A DNA stretch of 61,863 nt, the filler included, from Choristocarpus tenellus KU-1152 (lineage: Eukaryota; Protista; Phaeophyceae), in NCBI GenBank assembly GCA_964200185.2. It is 10 parts of 10 records of this genome, joined end to end, with 100 filler letters (N's around TTAATTAATTAA, not from the genome) between each part and the next. Parts side by side here need not be neighbours in the genome. Positions count along the whole stretch, not along the records: positions 7,266 to 15,494 come from CAXNAD020004970.1; positions 15,595 to 21,420 come from CAXNAD020009659.1; positions 21,521 to 30,162 come from CAXNAD020004498.1; 7 more parts are not named here. One strand, written 5' to 3'. The position numbers and the translations under genes are program-made. The notes below the pieces were generated by a model that had not been told where the DNA came from, ran no database searches, and worked only from the letters and a program-made list of their open reading frames with translations. Shown one piece after another: positions 12,280 through 25,099 of this stretch; the stretch's first letter is position 1, and each line of letters starts with the position of its first letter.

Positions 12280-14400
12280 TGCAAGAGGGGGATAAGAACC
12301 TGCACATTATCTGGGTCCATCCTGTTCTGTTTTTGAGATCACACGATTCACAGTGGTTATGCAGATTTGCTGTGGGGGCTTGTGTAGCAGGATTGGCCAG
12401 AGGGCGGTGTAGGAAGGTTGAGCTCCTGTTCCCACCATCACTTGGATAGGTTGTTGTAATCTGCTCTGTGAGGACCAATCATTGTTGCAGCTCTGATGTT
12501 GTAATTATCAAGATATTACTGTTCTACCAGGGCAGACAGTTGCAAGGCTGTCTACCCCAGTGGAACAAGTGTTATCTCAATGTTGGACAGCCTCCAGACC
12601 AGCAGCGTCCTCTATGTGGTCTCTGACCATGTTCCACTATTGCACACCTTACACCAGCTCAACTTCCCCCAAACATTGCAAGGGAAGTTGTTGTGAACCC
12701 CTTCTGCGTTGTATGGGACCCACCTTATCAAGATGCGCAGTGCATGAGTGTGGGCTAGGTCCCACCGGAGGACCAATCTCTTCCTCCTGTCCTCTGTGCT
12801 CCTCCTCCAGGATGATTTGGATGTCTACTGCCATCTGCCTCCAAATGTCTTCGTGTTTATTCTCAGGAATCCCACAATAGGATTTTGGTTTTAAGGTTCA
12901 TACAAGTGGCTAGGACCTGCTTCGAGTTAAATCCTCTGGGCTGCCCATTCTCAGCTTTGGAGTAAGGGGAATTGTTCCTCCCTGTGCCAAAGCAGTTCTC
13001 GAAATCAGTCAAAATTGCACTAACACGCTCGGGTACATCATTTTTCGCTTCCACCTGCTTGGGGGGGAGTGACTTTCACAGCACTGCAGGCTCAGGTTGC
13101 ATCCTCGAACTCCACTTGTATGTCACAGACATTAAGGATTAGTTAAAGGCACTCTCACATATGCATTGCCTTCAAGCATCTGGTGTACTTCTGTGATGGA
13201 GTGTAGTAATGATGACATTAGACCCATCACATTACTACAGCAAAACAGCAAGTTTAACGGACAGAAGATGGGAGATGGGAAAGAAAGGTGAAAGAGGGTT
13301 TAAGATGATAATAATGGAGGGCAGTGTGTGTGATAGATGTCAATCTAAACAAAAAGAAGTTAATGTGAAGTTGTGAAAGGTCTAACAATGTCGCCTCTGG
13401 AGTTCCTCCTACAAGCAGTTCTAATTTCTTCTTTGCATTCCGATCTGAGCCCCCCACATCCCCCTCAACTGTCGACATATGCTTGGTGGGAGATCATTAA
13501 TGTTCTCACAACAACTGATGGAAGTCTTGAGTAGTGTTCTACCATGGAATAGGTGGAATATCATTGAGTAGGTAATGCAATCTGCATTACTTTTCTGGGC
13601 TCAATCCTTGACACTCTGCACGTCTCCTCCAAGCATTCCTTATTCTGGCTGAACTTGGATGGGCCGATATAGCTGCCTGTTGGGTTTTGTGGGATCCGTT
13701 AACCTTGCCCCATTGATAGCATTCCTAGCCATATTCCAAGCAGTGATCTATGTATTGGTGGGTCGTGATATGGTGGTGTTGCTTCAGGAAGTGACCCATC
13801 TTTACTATTGATGACTCGCATTGAGTCACACACACTTTCAACCTTCCAGTGATCCTTTGCTTCTTCACCATTTCTACTAGGTTCTCAGCAAGGTCGCTCC
13901 CATCGTTCTGCCTGAGTGCTCAATGCAGTCCAGAGAGTGATAACCGAGCCAAAGTATCTTAGAGGGTAGAGCCGCGTCCATTTGAGGGCTAAAATCTAAT
14001 GTTGCGATTTTGATGCGATTTTGGCTATCGTGTCTGTTAGGAAGTATCAATATCCATGTTTCGGAAACACATTTTCATAGTGTACACACTTTCCCTACTC
14101 TGAAACATTTTGGAGTAGGAAAATGTCATAAAAGAACCCATGGGAAGTCAAGCCCCAAATGGACAAACAGGGCAAAACTCATACCCTCTAAGATACTTTC
14201 ACTCTCTTGTGTGCTTTCATCCTTGCAACTCATGTCTTGATCATTTCCTTGTTACGCTCTGTCCTCAGCATTGCACCTCTCTGAAGAATTTTCACACTCG
14301 GGACAAACACATTGCAACAATGCTGATGAGCGATAATCCTGTGAAGTACTCCTCCTGTTGTGTGTCTCTTGCAATACTCGTAATGGGCAATAATTACTGA
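12280..14400 (-). pseudogene. Decayed hAT transposase
   Basis: Ordered fragments: VTQCESSIVKMG, TQ*YSTYSM (like TRWxSTxxM), MLEGNAYV, QPRGFNSKQVLATCMNLKTK (like LDPRTK), WWEQELNLP, LANPATQAP, KQNRMDPDNVQVL (C-terminal dimerization domain). Confidence 0.72.
13946..14204 (+). mobile_element. MITE family B (259 bp) inserted in a hAT remnant
   Basis: TIRs GAGCCAAAGTATCTTAGAGGGTA / TACCCTCTAAGATACTTTCACTC. No clean TSD. Confidence 0.88.
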
Positions 14401-16780
14401 ACGTTTAGGGTCGGGATGGGGTGGTGCTGTGGTGGCTGTTCTGGGGGAAGGAGAGGAGGGCATTTGGCACTAAGAAGCAAGCAGTCACAGTGCTTGAGCA
14501 GCACCACCAGGAGGAAAATGGCAAGGGGGGACTGTGTGATCTTTGTTTTTGTGGAGAAAAGAGCAGAAGAAGCTCCATCATCAGTCAGGAGATATGGTGC
14601 TCCACCTACCAGGAGGAAAGACTTAGGGTATCAGGGATGAGTTGTACTTGGGTAGAGCGTCAGTGCCAATGGGGGTCTATGCATGCCTAATTAATTATCA
14701 AGCTGATGAACATGATAAGGTCGAGGGGGTTCCAGGGCAAGATTTGGGGGAGGAAGTGGAGGGTCGGGATTACTGAATCCAACACACAAAAGCAAGACAC
14801 AAGCTGAGAGGAAGAGTACAGGAATTAGTTGTAGTGTAAAGTGCTATTTAAAATAGTATGTAGGGACAACAGGTCCCCTTGTTTTGGATATCCCGACATT
14901 CATGAGAATACTGCGCGCATTCGTACAAATTTTCGCGCTCCACCTTTTATTGTTGAAACCAAACTAGATGTAGTGTGGGTCAAACACATCACCAACTTGC
15001 AATGACCCCGACATGAACGGTGGATTCAAACCACCAAAACGCGAGATTGTGTTTTCTGTTCTGACTGGTTGGAGCCAATCACAGTGCAGATTGATCTGCT
15101 TGGCACTCTGAGGGTGTCAACATACACCCAACATGCCTCAGTCTCATCTCTCACTCCCTTTCTGAACCTTATTTCTGGTGGTTCTCATCACTCCCCATCA
15201 CACAGAACCAAGCCCCATAACAGTGGTACTCACGCCGATCTGTGTTGGGGGGTCACCAGAGATGTAGGGCCACGCAACAATGGCGGACAAGAACGAAGCG
15301 CAACCAACTCAAAAGGTTGTTGACCCTGGGCAGAAAGTCGAGACAACTTCGAGAAATAAAGCACCATCAGGGAAGCATAGGTTCAGAGGAAGGATTATCT
15401 AATATCTCGAAGCGTGCAGACCCTGAGCCCTGTCAAAAGGGCTAATACGCTCTAGTCCTTTAACAGCTGATTTCAAAAATTGAGGATGGAGCTTNNNNNN
15501 NNNNNNNNNNNNNNNNNNNNNNNNNNNNNNNNNNNNNNTTAATTAATTAANNNNNNNNNNNNNNNNNNNNNNNNNNNNNNNNNNNNNNNNNNNNGGGGGG
15601 GGGGGGGTCTACCCCAGGGTGTCCATTTGTCCCAAAACCAGGAAAAGCGCACTTTCATTATCCATCCGATGTATAGAACCAAATCACCCAAAAATCGCGA
15701 CATGAAAAAATTGACTCGAAATGGACAGCTGCCACCTCCCCTAGATACTTCGAGCCTCACGTAATTGTTGTAATTGATCTCAATTTTTTTCGTTGTTTAA
15801 ACATTTTATTTTGCGCTCGCAGGTGTGTTAAGTATGGAATGAGGCAACAGAGCAGCAGCTTGGGCCTATCATAGTAAATATTGCCATGGATTGTGATCTA
15901 GAGCGACGACCCCTGTTTGCAGAAAAGAAAACACTGGTAATGGGAAATGGCGGAGGGCAGCACACAAAAGAAGGACACGCCACCTATTATGGTCAGGCAG
16001 AGGAGGTCAAAGACTGTGGGTAACGTAAGCATTGTTGGCATTGTGCTTTAGCCATTGGATAGGATGTTTTGCAGCAGTATGTAGTACTGTAGATATATGA
16101 TACTAAGTATTATTGTTACAACACGCCCCAGAACTCACCTCCACAGGATGTGTAACTCAAATCCAACAACCTTAAAACAACGCTATGGGGACATTGCCCT
16201 TGGTAACAGTTTGATGGGGGTCAGACAGCCTTCTCTTGATACTCCACTCAGTGCTTAGCTCAAAGTTCGACTCAGTGTTTCATTCAAGTTAAAAGATTGT
16301 TTTAAGAGGGGTGATGGTTTTGACCAAAGCCCTTTTATTATTTTCATCATCCACCCAATTTCTTCGGTCTTCTATGCAACTGCTGTATACATACTCCAAT
16401 CATAAACCCTTATTCTGCACCTTCTTAGGAACTTTGATGTTTTCTTCTGTAATGTTACGTATTCATTGCGAATCTTACTCTGGATCATCTAGGGAATCAG
16501 CATTTATTCTCCAAGGCTACCTATGTGCTACTAATCTCGTATACTGTTCGCGCTTGTTAGAACGCGAGAAGAAACGCTCGCGCTATTCGCCTGTATGTAA
16601 CATTATCAGTAGAGAGTAGGTCAACTCTAACGTCCTACAATGATGAAAAAAGTAAGCAAGTAGTCATGTCACCAAGACTAATAATGATTGTTGTGATACG
16701 AAAATAAGAAGGGTATTAATGCACGCACATAATATGTACATAGAATTCAATTTACCACTATTTTTTCTTCTCTGAAAAAT

Positions 16781-17228
16781 GAACCAAACCAACTGAAAGG
16801 TAGGCAGGTTTGGATCCTTTGCATTCCAAGCCATCTCTCTCACCCTGTGCAATACTCTATTTAGTTACTTTATGTGGACAATAGTGTACGAAAAAAGATA
16901 TTCCCTCTTTCCACACACACAAAGTGATACCAAAATCCCGAAAAGATTTGCAATTGTACAAAACAACGTGTTTCTTCCCTTATCAGGATCATTAACATGT
17001 AACTCTGCCTACCGCTCTGTTGATTTGACTCTTACCCTGGCAGTACACTATATTTCGTTATGTTACACACGCAAGAGTGTACGCAAAACTGATATTCCCC
17101 CTTTCCACACACAAAATGACACCAAAATCAAGCAAGCCTCTTTCTGCAATTGTACAAAACGATGTATTTTTGCCCTTTCTTGGGATCCTTAAAATGTAAA
17201 CCTGCTTACCTGTCAACTGGTTTGGCCC
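16781..17228 (+). mobile_element. MITE family C plus a tandem second copy of its 3' three-quarters
   Basis: 16781-17031 aligns by eye to 2841-3094. 17032-17228 repeats the internal/3' part and ends in ACTGGTTTGGCCC. Confidence 0.8.
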
Positions 17229-18610
17229 ATTAGGCTCCACAGATAAATGATGGCGGAGAAGGACAACAAACCAGGTATCAAGTGTGGGTAAACAGCGAAG
17301 GACTGTGCCAAGAGGGAGAGGGAAGAGGAGAAGTCCACCAACTACCACTCTCCGTTCTCTAAGCTCACCAGGAGGAAATATCAGGGGTTGGTTGTGGTCG
17401 GAGAGTCAGTCCCTACTACCTTTGAATGAACTGATGTACACCTAAAATGTACGCGTATATATTGTATCATGTCAACAAAATGCAGATACATACTGATGAT
17501 GTCTTCTGTGTAAATTCTGCAAGGTACTTAGAAAAACTCATTCTTTGAAGGAAGTCTGAACATAGAAATATCCGTAGTCAGTCAATATAGTTCGCATCTA
17601 ACGAAATATACCTATAATGATATTTATTGACTCTGCTGAGGTGAAAAAGTAAGATCTAGAAATGGGTCTATTATTGTCGTATGCAGAACAAAATACCTCT
17701 TTTATATATTTCTTGCAGCCCACACACCTCCCAGAACATCTCCATATATCAAATGCAACAAAGAAATACAGAAAATAATCAAGTAATTCGAATACAGTTC
17801 GTATCTACATTTACATTTGATAAAATATATTAATACCTACAGTATTTATAATAATTCCAATTTTTGAATATATTTTTTATGATTGATCACTTCTCAATCT
17901 CAGGCGTAATTCTGTAAGATATACCACTTTCGCTTATTTTCTATCAAACTTTTCAGGTTTCGAAGAATTGGAAGGTCAATATACATCAGAATATATAATA
18001 AAAAACACACATAAGAACAAACTCTCTGTATTTGTACTTGTTAAAGTATCTTATCTGTAGTTTAGATGTGTTAGTAGATAACCTCAATGGGTAAATAGTT
18101 CCATCTGAAAAATTACAGTTGTTTTTCATCAAATTTTTACTTAAAGATTGTGAATGGTGGGGGAATCTTACATACTGTAAACTTCATAGTTGAAGAGGTC
18201 TGAATGTACGAAGTAGGACAAACAGTGCTACATTCCAGACATAAATCAAGCTAAGAAGTCAGAATGAGAAAAAATACAGTAGTTGAGAGACTATTTCCAA
18301 CAGAAAAAGATATATACATACATTTTCCTCTCATAATGTGTCGTTATGTGTCTTTTTTCGCCGCATACACATTTTAATCCTCATCCTGGAAATTGCTCAA
18401 AGACTTAATAGTTGAGGGTTTCAAGTTCATAGGTCTTATTCCCTCAAAAACGAAATCTAGATACACACCAAAACCATCTTCTTTTCGATTCGCCAACCAG
18501 AGGTCTCATCTTTTCTCAATGTCAAACAAAGAGGTTAGAGTTTGGTGCTAAGTAGGTCAAGAACACCCACTCATTTGCCCACTTGCACAAACCCAGTGTG
18601 AAGTCGGAAT

Positions 18611-21237
18611 ATGGGGGAGCAAGAGGACAGTTCCCCACCTTGTGAATCAGCTCGACAAAATACAGCTGATGTGGGACCCCATATGGGTCCTACTGAAGTT
18701 GACGCGAGGTCTGACGTAACTGATGGCAACCAGTGGGGGCCCTCTAGAGCATCCAAGGGGTCTGTCCAGACCCATGCGTTATCACACCATAGTTGCCCTG
18801 TCCAATACGGCGATCGTGGAGCAACCCAGATGGTTCCTACGCAAGGACGCTCTCCAGATCCTTTCCGAGGATTGCGGCAGTACCAAGGGAGGGAGGATCG
18901 GAACCGGGGACACATGTGAGTAACACTGGAGGGGGTTATTTTTATTTCCATCGCATATGAGGCACATGTCGCGAGAAAAATAGCCAACCCTCGTTCATGT
19001 GTTCTCTAAATATGGTTCGTCTCCAAATGCCCCCATGCCATGTTATCGAAAGGACGAAATTAATAACTGATCCGAGTCTTTTTCCTGTCTCCTATCTACG
19101 AAGGTATCTTGGTCCAGAGGAGGTTGCCTATGGACAACCTTCATTGCATCAGGTATGTCCCTCTCTTCTCTCCCACCCGCCAGTAAGTAGTTTACTGTTG
19201 TTTAGCATTGGGTGAATTTTGTGTGATAATGTGTAAAGATCGTACAATTCTTGGCAGCAAAGTCATTGAAGTAATAGAAAGCTGCGACTATTGATGGCAA
19301 CCGGCCCTTCCAATTGACCATATTTTATTACTGAGTCTCAAGTTTTTTAAGCCTCTCACACAATCGAATGTACCCATCTCCTCAATGCATATTTGGATTA
19401 CCTTTGGTCCTAGGATGAGTCTCTGGTGAAAGTGCCCCTTCGATACAAGGTCACATCCTTTAATTCTGCCACTATACTTGATAGGGGTTTGTGAGGATTG
19501 GCCCAGCATTGCGTCTTTCGATATAGCTCCATCTCCTCGGTCATGCATATATCTATACAGTAGATCGATGAAGGTGTTTAAAAATGATGTCATCATTGAC
19601 ACAAATGCACAACCCACACCCCTCCACCGGATATATACCAATCTTCCGATCCTAGAACAAAATGCTGGCCCACCTTGGGGACTACAGTCATCCACCTCAA
19701 TACATGGGATATGGGTACTTTCCCGACCCGCCCTGGGCACTGAAGGATCAAGAGGTCCTCAAAAACCATAATTTCCGCCAACAATCGGAATTTCCACATC
19801 GCAGTTCTCGTGGGGGACATGGTTACGCTGACTGCATTCAGGTAAAGATATTTTGGTGTGCTTGGAATATATTTGATTTTTAAGGAATTATCTCTTGTAG
19901 TGATTGGTGATGCGCCTTTGTTAGATCAACTGGAACACCCTTATATGTGCAAGGCATGTACTTTTGCACAAAATCACACTTAGTTTCTTGATGGCCTTGG
20001 AAGACTATTCTGAACAAAGCATACGGTGTACACTCCCTACACTCCATAGCATAGTAAGTGACTTGCAGAGTACACCTCTATGTCGAGTAGGCACTTCCTT
20101 CCATATTGGACAACATGCAGCACGTAATAAACCCTAACACCTAAATAAATGGACTGTCCATGTAGTACAAAACCCCACAACAGCACGTGGCAAGTAAGCC
20201 AGAAAATTTTCTTCTTTTATGGTAATGTGTGAGAGATACAATAGTAGTGTGCCACCTACATGCTAGCTCCAAATATAATTGAACAGAGCAAACAATTTGT
20301 TCCAAGTATTTAACAACATCATAGGGGGAGTACAAGGGATGAGAAGCATACCGTGAGTTTCCCCTTGCATTTGATTATTTATTTGAAGTACAGTTATATT
20401 TTCCTACTTCAAAGTCTTCAGGTAACTGCTGTGGCAGTCAAATATAATAAGTGTGAGATCCCACCACCCCCACTATAGGGTCGATCATCTGGTTGGTACA
20501 ATGCACCTCCCACACATATCCAGCAGCAAAGTGAACAACAGACCTCATGGGGTGATAGTGAGGTGCTGGTGGGTGAAGAGGAAGAGCAATCCAACAGCAG
20601 CAGAGAAAAACCTGGCAGACCTGGAGTTGGGGTTGACAGTCACCATTGCCGCTGTTGTCGCCAAAGCATGAGCAAGGGTGATGCTAATGGTGATGCTAAT
20701 GGCCGAATAAAGGAAATAAAAGGGTCAGGTGGAAATGGGGAGATGAACGAGATTGTGGAAGATAAAGATGTCAGCAATGATGGGGACACGGAAAGTGAGG
20801 TTGATATCAATGACCAAGGGAATACATTTGAAGACATGGGGGAGGGAGTAAGTGAGGGTGCTAGCAGTGACGATGAAGCGCAACGAGGAAAAGTTCAAGG
20901 TAAAAGCAAGATTAATGAATGCACCAGTGGTGGTAAAAGCGATGGAATGGGAAGGGTTGAGGGTGAAGGTAGTTGTCACTATGACACTGCCCCGTTGTCC
21001 CCTGGCAATGGTGGTGTTAGTGAAGGAGAAGGTGGCGAGGAAGAAGATGACAGTGATACCCCAAGGGATGTGGTTAGGGATGGAAGAGGAATGAGGAGGC
21101 AAGTGTCTTCTTCACGCCCAAGGAAGCGTGAGCGTTGGACAAAGGAGGAACATGCAGTGTTCTTGGATGGATTGGACAAGTACGGAAGAAGATGGAAAAA
21201 GGTCCACCAGCTCCTCCCTGGGAAGACCCTCACTCAG
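18611..21237 (+). CDS. Myb-like (SHAQKYF/1R class) transcription factor, partial. Exons 18611-18915, 19104-19152, 19656-19841, 20479-21237; continues past the contig end
   Basis: RERWTKEEHAVFLDGLDKYGRRWKKVHQLLPGKTLTQ|gt is the first two-thirds of a SANT/Myb repeat. Upstream exons have GT-AG borders with compatible phases (2,0,0) and no stops. The 5' exons are less certain than the Myb exon. Confidence 0.78.
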
Positions 21238-21644
21238 GTATTGGCATATACACAGGCACACAGTATCATGCATGTTCATGAGGAATACAGAGAGAGGTCT
21301 ATGTACACAGCAGAACGGAGCCAGATGTTAGCCTTTGCATATGTGTATGACTCAAAGTATCTGGGGGGGGGGGGGGGGGGGGGGTTTGTCCTTTTGGGGT
21401 TTTTTTTTTTTAGGTTTTTTNNNNNNNNNNNNNNNNNNNNNNNNNNNNNNNNNNNNNNNNNNNNTTAATTAATTAANNNNNNNNNNNNNNNNNNNNNNNN
21501 NNNNNNNNNNNNNNNNNNNNCTTGGTGGTGGGGTGCTCTTCCTTATATTATTATCTATTGCGTACGTCATCAGACAGGTCAAAATGTGTCCGTGTCAGTC
21601 ACACTACGTCAGCCACTTTTATTGAACAAAATAAGAAATCAAAC

Positions 21645-21718
21645 TTTCGAGACTCGAACCTGCGACTCGAAGCACACCCAATTCAAATTCTTGACCCTTA
21701 CTCTCCTCAGTCAAAACT
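21645..21718 (-). pseudogene. Degenerate tRNA-Ser/Leu-like sequence (pseudo-tRNA or SINE head)
   Basis: Minus strand: TGACTGAGGAGAGTAAGG (poor A box) ... CGCAGGTTCGAGTC (B box), with spacing consistent with a long variable arm. Stems are imperfect. Confidence 0.3.
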
Positions 21719-22612
21719 TGTACTATAGTCCACTGTTCACTAAATATATAACTCGTTATAGACTGCCTAGCCTATATTGCACAAAACCATCGACAGAAAC
21801 CCTTGCCAACCAAGGTAACAAGCCTCTCCACAGAGCATGTACTTTTTTTATTATCTCATGAAAAAAAAATGAATTCACATCACATCATTCTTGATTGAGA
21901 GATCAATCACCTCAGTTACAACAGAATAAATGCATCGGTACTTTGCAGCACAATCACATCTATTCATAACACAGATTACGCATTTTATTCATCGGTGCTT
22001 TGCAACACCATGATTCCTCATTGCTCGTACTCTACGCATTTTGCTTACATGTACGATGCATTCGATTCAGGTTTCGACAAGTTATGAGTCTCAACACTAC
22101 ACATTTGCCAGACTTTGTCTTGTACTTCTACCCACTGATGCGAAAGTTTTGAAGATGGCAACATTGCTATTTTCTAATCCGTTACCCTGAATGGCAGGCC
22201 AAGAGAGGCCTCCAACGGTTATCGCATGCATTGGTTGGGTTGGTAATAAACGGTGCAAATGAATGGCTGGTGTCCTCCTTCGCTGCTTGGCTGAGCAACA
22301 GAGTGCTCATCACTCTCAGATCAAGAAACAGTATGACTCTGAAACACGTGCTATGCAAAAACGATTTTGGCTTGAAGTATTTCGGCATGAAGATGTCCAG
22401 GAGTGTCAGCAATAGTTTCTTGTTCAGTGGCTATTCAATTGTCCCATTGAGACGAAGATAAGCTAATCAGGATCCTCCCGGACCAAAGTAACAACATAGG
22501 CCAGATCTATTTACTGTGTGTCTCTACTAAGTGCGAGAGACGCATGGATACGTGCTGGGGTCTACATTTTTCACCCTGCCAGAAGGTGCAGATACAGACT
22601 GACCGGCCAAGA

Positions 22613-22868
22613 GAGACAAAGTATCTTAGAGGGTAGACCCGCGTCCGTTTGGGGGCCAATATTCAATGTTATGAGTGTGATGTAATTTTGTCTATTATGT
22701 TTGTTAGGAAGTGTCAATATCTTTGTTCCGAACACACCTTTTCAAAACGTATGCATTTGGCCTACTTCGAAACGTTTCGGAATAGGAAAATGTCATAAAA
22801 CCCCGTGGGAGCCAAGCCTCAAGTGGACAAAGAGGGCAAAACTCGTACCCTCTAAGATACCTTCACTC
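22613..22868 (+). mobile_element. MITE family B, TSD AGA
   Basis: Same TIRs and core as other B copies. AGA at 22610-22612 and 22869-22871. Confidence 0.9.
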
Positions 22869-23164
22869 AGAACCATACTACGTAAGAATAAATACACTTC
22901 ACAGATAACTCATCTGATGAACAAGAATGAAAGGAACTCCGTCAAAACATGACTTTGTAGACTTTGGCTTTCATCCAAGGAAACACATCTCTGCTGCCCT
23001 GAACACATAAAGGACAACCAAATAGTAGAGTTCCCTCACAATTTGTGATGTAGTGTGGCTACACAAGAAACCGTGTGAAGAATATGTGTAATTTCCCATA
23101 TTGTCTGCTGGTAGGTACCATAGCGTCATACTGCTCCAGTAGTCGCCAATTTTTAGGTCGGTCT

Positions 23165-23421
23165 GAGTCCAAGCATTTAAGAGGGTAGGAGTTTTGCCCT
23201 ATTTGTCCGTTTGGGGCTTTGCTTCCCACGCATTATTGATGACATTTTTCTACTCTGAAACGTTTTAGAGTAGGTATAATGTATGAAACTATTAACAGGT
23301 GTGTATGGAACATGGATATTGACACTTCCTAAAAAACACGATAGCCAAAATTGCATCAAATCGCAACATTCGATTTTGTACCCCAAACGGACGGGCTCTA
23401 CCCTCTAAGATGCTTTGACTC
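23165..23421 (-). mobile_element. MITE family B, TSD TCT
   Basis: Reverse copy with TCT on both sides. Confidence 0.88.
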
Positions 23422-23860
23422 TCTTGGTGGGGAATTTTCAATGTTTAGAAATTCTCGTTAGTACCGCACCAAAAGTCGATGACGCGAAGATATTGTTTCG
23501 TTGGATAGTACAAACAATGCAAAAAAATAGCAACACACCACAGAGGAAAAAGCACAATGTATGACAAGGATGAGTATAGAGTGAAATAGACGAATTGCCC
23601 ACAAGTTATTTGTATCGTATCTAGTTAACTCTCTGACACATACTATTCATATACTTCGAAGTACGAAATACTGAAGACACTACTACAGACTTAACTCTTC
23701 TTCTAGGGTGCAGTATATTTGATATCATAGGTTTTGACACAGAAAAGGCGGTTCTATCTAGGTTCATAGGATTGACTTCAGTTCTGAAAGTTGTACTAGG
23801 TGCATTTGAAGTTGTTCCTCAAATCCAAAAAGTAATTCCTGTTCCATGCTTTCATGTATT

Positions 23861-24040
23861 GACCTAAAGTATCTGAAGGGGGGGAGGCGGTCTACACCAT
23901 GGTGTCCATTAGGACCAAAACCAGGAAAAGTGCACTTACATTATCCATCCAACGTATGAAACCAAATCACACAAAAATCGCGACATAAATGAATTTACCC
24001 CAAAAGGACAGCCGCCATCCCCCCCCAGATACTTTGAGCC
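23861..24040 (+). mobile_element. MITE family A, full length (180 bp), TSD ATT
   Basis: TIRs GACCTAAAGTATCT / AGATACTTTGAGCC. ATT at 23858-23860 and 24041-24043. Confidence 0.9.
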
Positions 24041-24158
24041 ATTCAGAGCAGGAATTACACTGAAATATCAAACATCTGCTCAACCAAGGTATGGAACAAA
24101 GATGGATACTAAAAGTGTGAGAATAGCAGATTGATATGAGATGAAAGTTGCTCAATCT

Positions 24159-24778
24159 GACTCAAAGAATATATGAAGGTAGGGCCACGTCCGTTCGCGG
24201 TCATAAATCCAATGTTGCAATTTTTTTTAATATTGTCCGTCGTGTTTGTGAAGAAGTGTTAATATCCTTGCTCCCGACACACCTTTAATAGTTGTATAGA
24301 TTCTAGGTCAGGGTGTTCGCACAGAAAACGGAAAAGGGGCATAAAAAAACGTGGAAAGCCACCCCCGAATGGACAAACAGGGCAGAGCTCCTACCCTCTT
24401 AAGTGCTTTGGGTTAACCCCCTTTATAGATTGTGGTGGTGACACCACAACTCTAGAAAACTGAAGATCACCCTCATGAAAGATGGCTTACTCCCTACTGT
24501 TTGTCTCGATCAAATCCAAGAACCCGTGACCACGTTTGCTCAGAGTCAAAACCTCCAAGAGGGTAGGGCTGTGTCGGTTCGGGATCATAAATCCAATGAT
24601 GCGATTTTGTTTAATTTTGCTATCGTGTTTGTTTAGCAAGTGTCAATATCCTTGCTCTGGACACACCTTTCTTAGTTGTTTACATTTTAGGTAAGCGTGT
24701 TCACACAGAAGACAAATAATTGGGCATTGAAAACCCCTGGAAAGGCAAGCCTCGAAGTGACAAACAGGTCAAAACTCC
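24159..24778 (+). mobile_element. Two older, diverged family B copies (24159-24414 and 24543-24778; the second is truncated)
   Basis: Recognisable B core (AAATCCAATGTTGC..GTGTCAATATCCTTG..ACACACCTTT..GGACAAACAGG) with degenerate TIRs. Confidence 0.75.
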
Positions 24779-25099
24779 TGTGCGAAAATAGGACAATCGT
24801 AAGGTGGACGAGGAGTATAGTGCCCAGATGGATTTGATTCCTGTCCATTTGGGAATGAGAGTTGCGTGGTCAACACCATCGTAGGAAATGGCAAGCGTCA
24901 GAGGTTGACACCAGCCACACCACTTGCTCCTCAGGCACCATTCATTGCCTGCTTGCTTGTCACTGAACATTATTCTTTGACCATAGTTCAACCAAGGTGG
25001 AACAAACACTCAAACCTGGTTCAATAGTTCTTTGTTCAAATACCCATCTACTCCAAAATTATCGTTTTCATCACAAAGGGTTGATGCATCTCTGACATT

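Noticed and set aside
20479-21237. Myb gene as the Harbinger-associated Myb/SANT partner of the MITEs
   Set aside because: It is a SHAQKYF-type host factor with introns and no adjacent DDE nuclease. The family A ends at both contig edges are independent partial copies.
1-21420. Poly-G/poly-C runs at contig ends as special chromosomal structures
   Set aside because: Many are the G/C runs inside MITE A arms, where short-read assembly breaks. Run lengths are unreliable.
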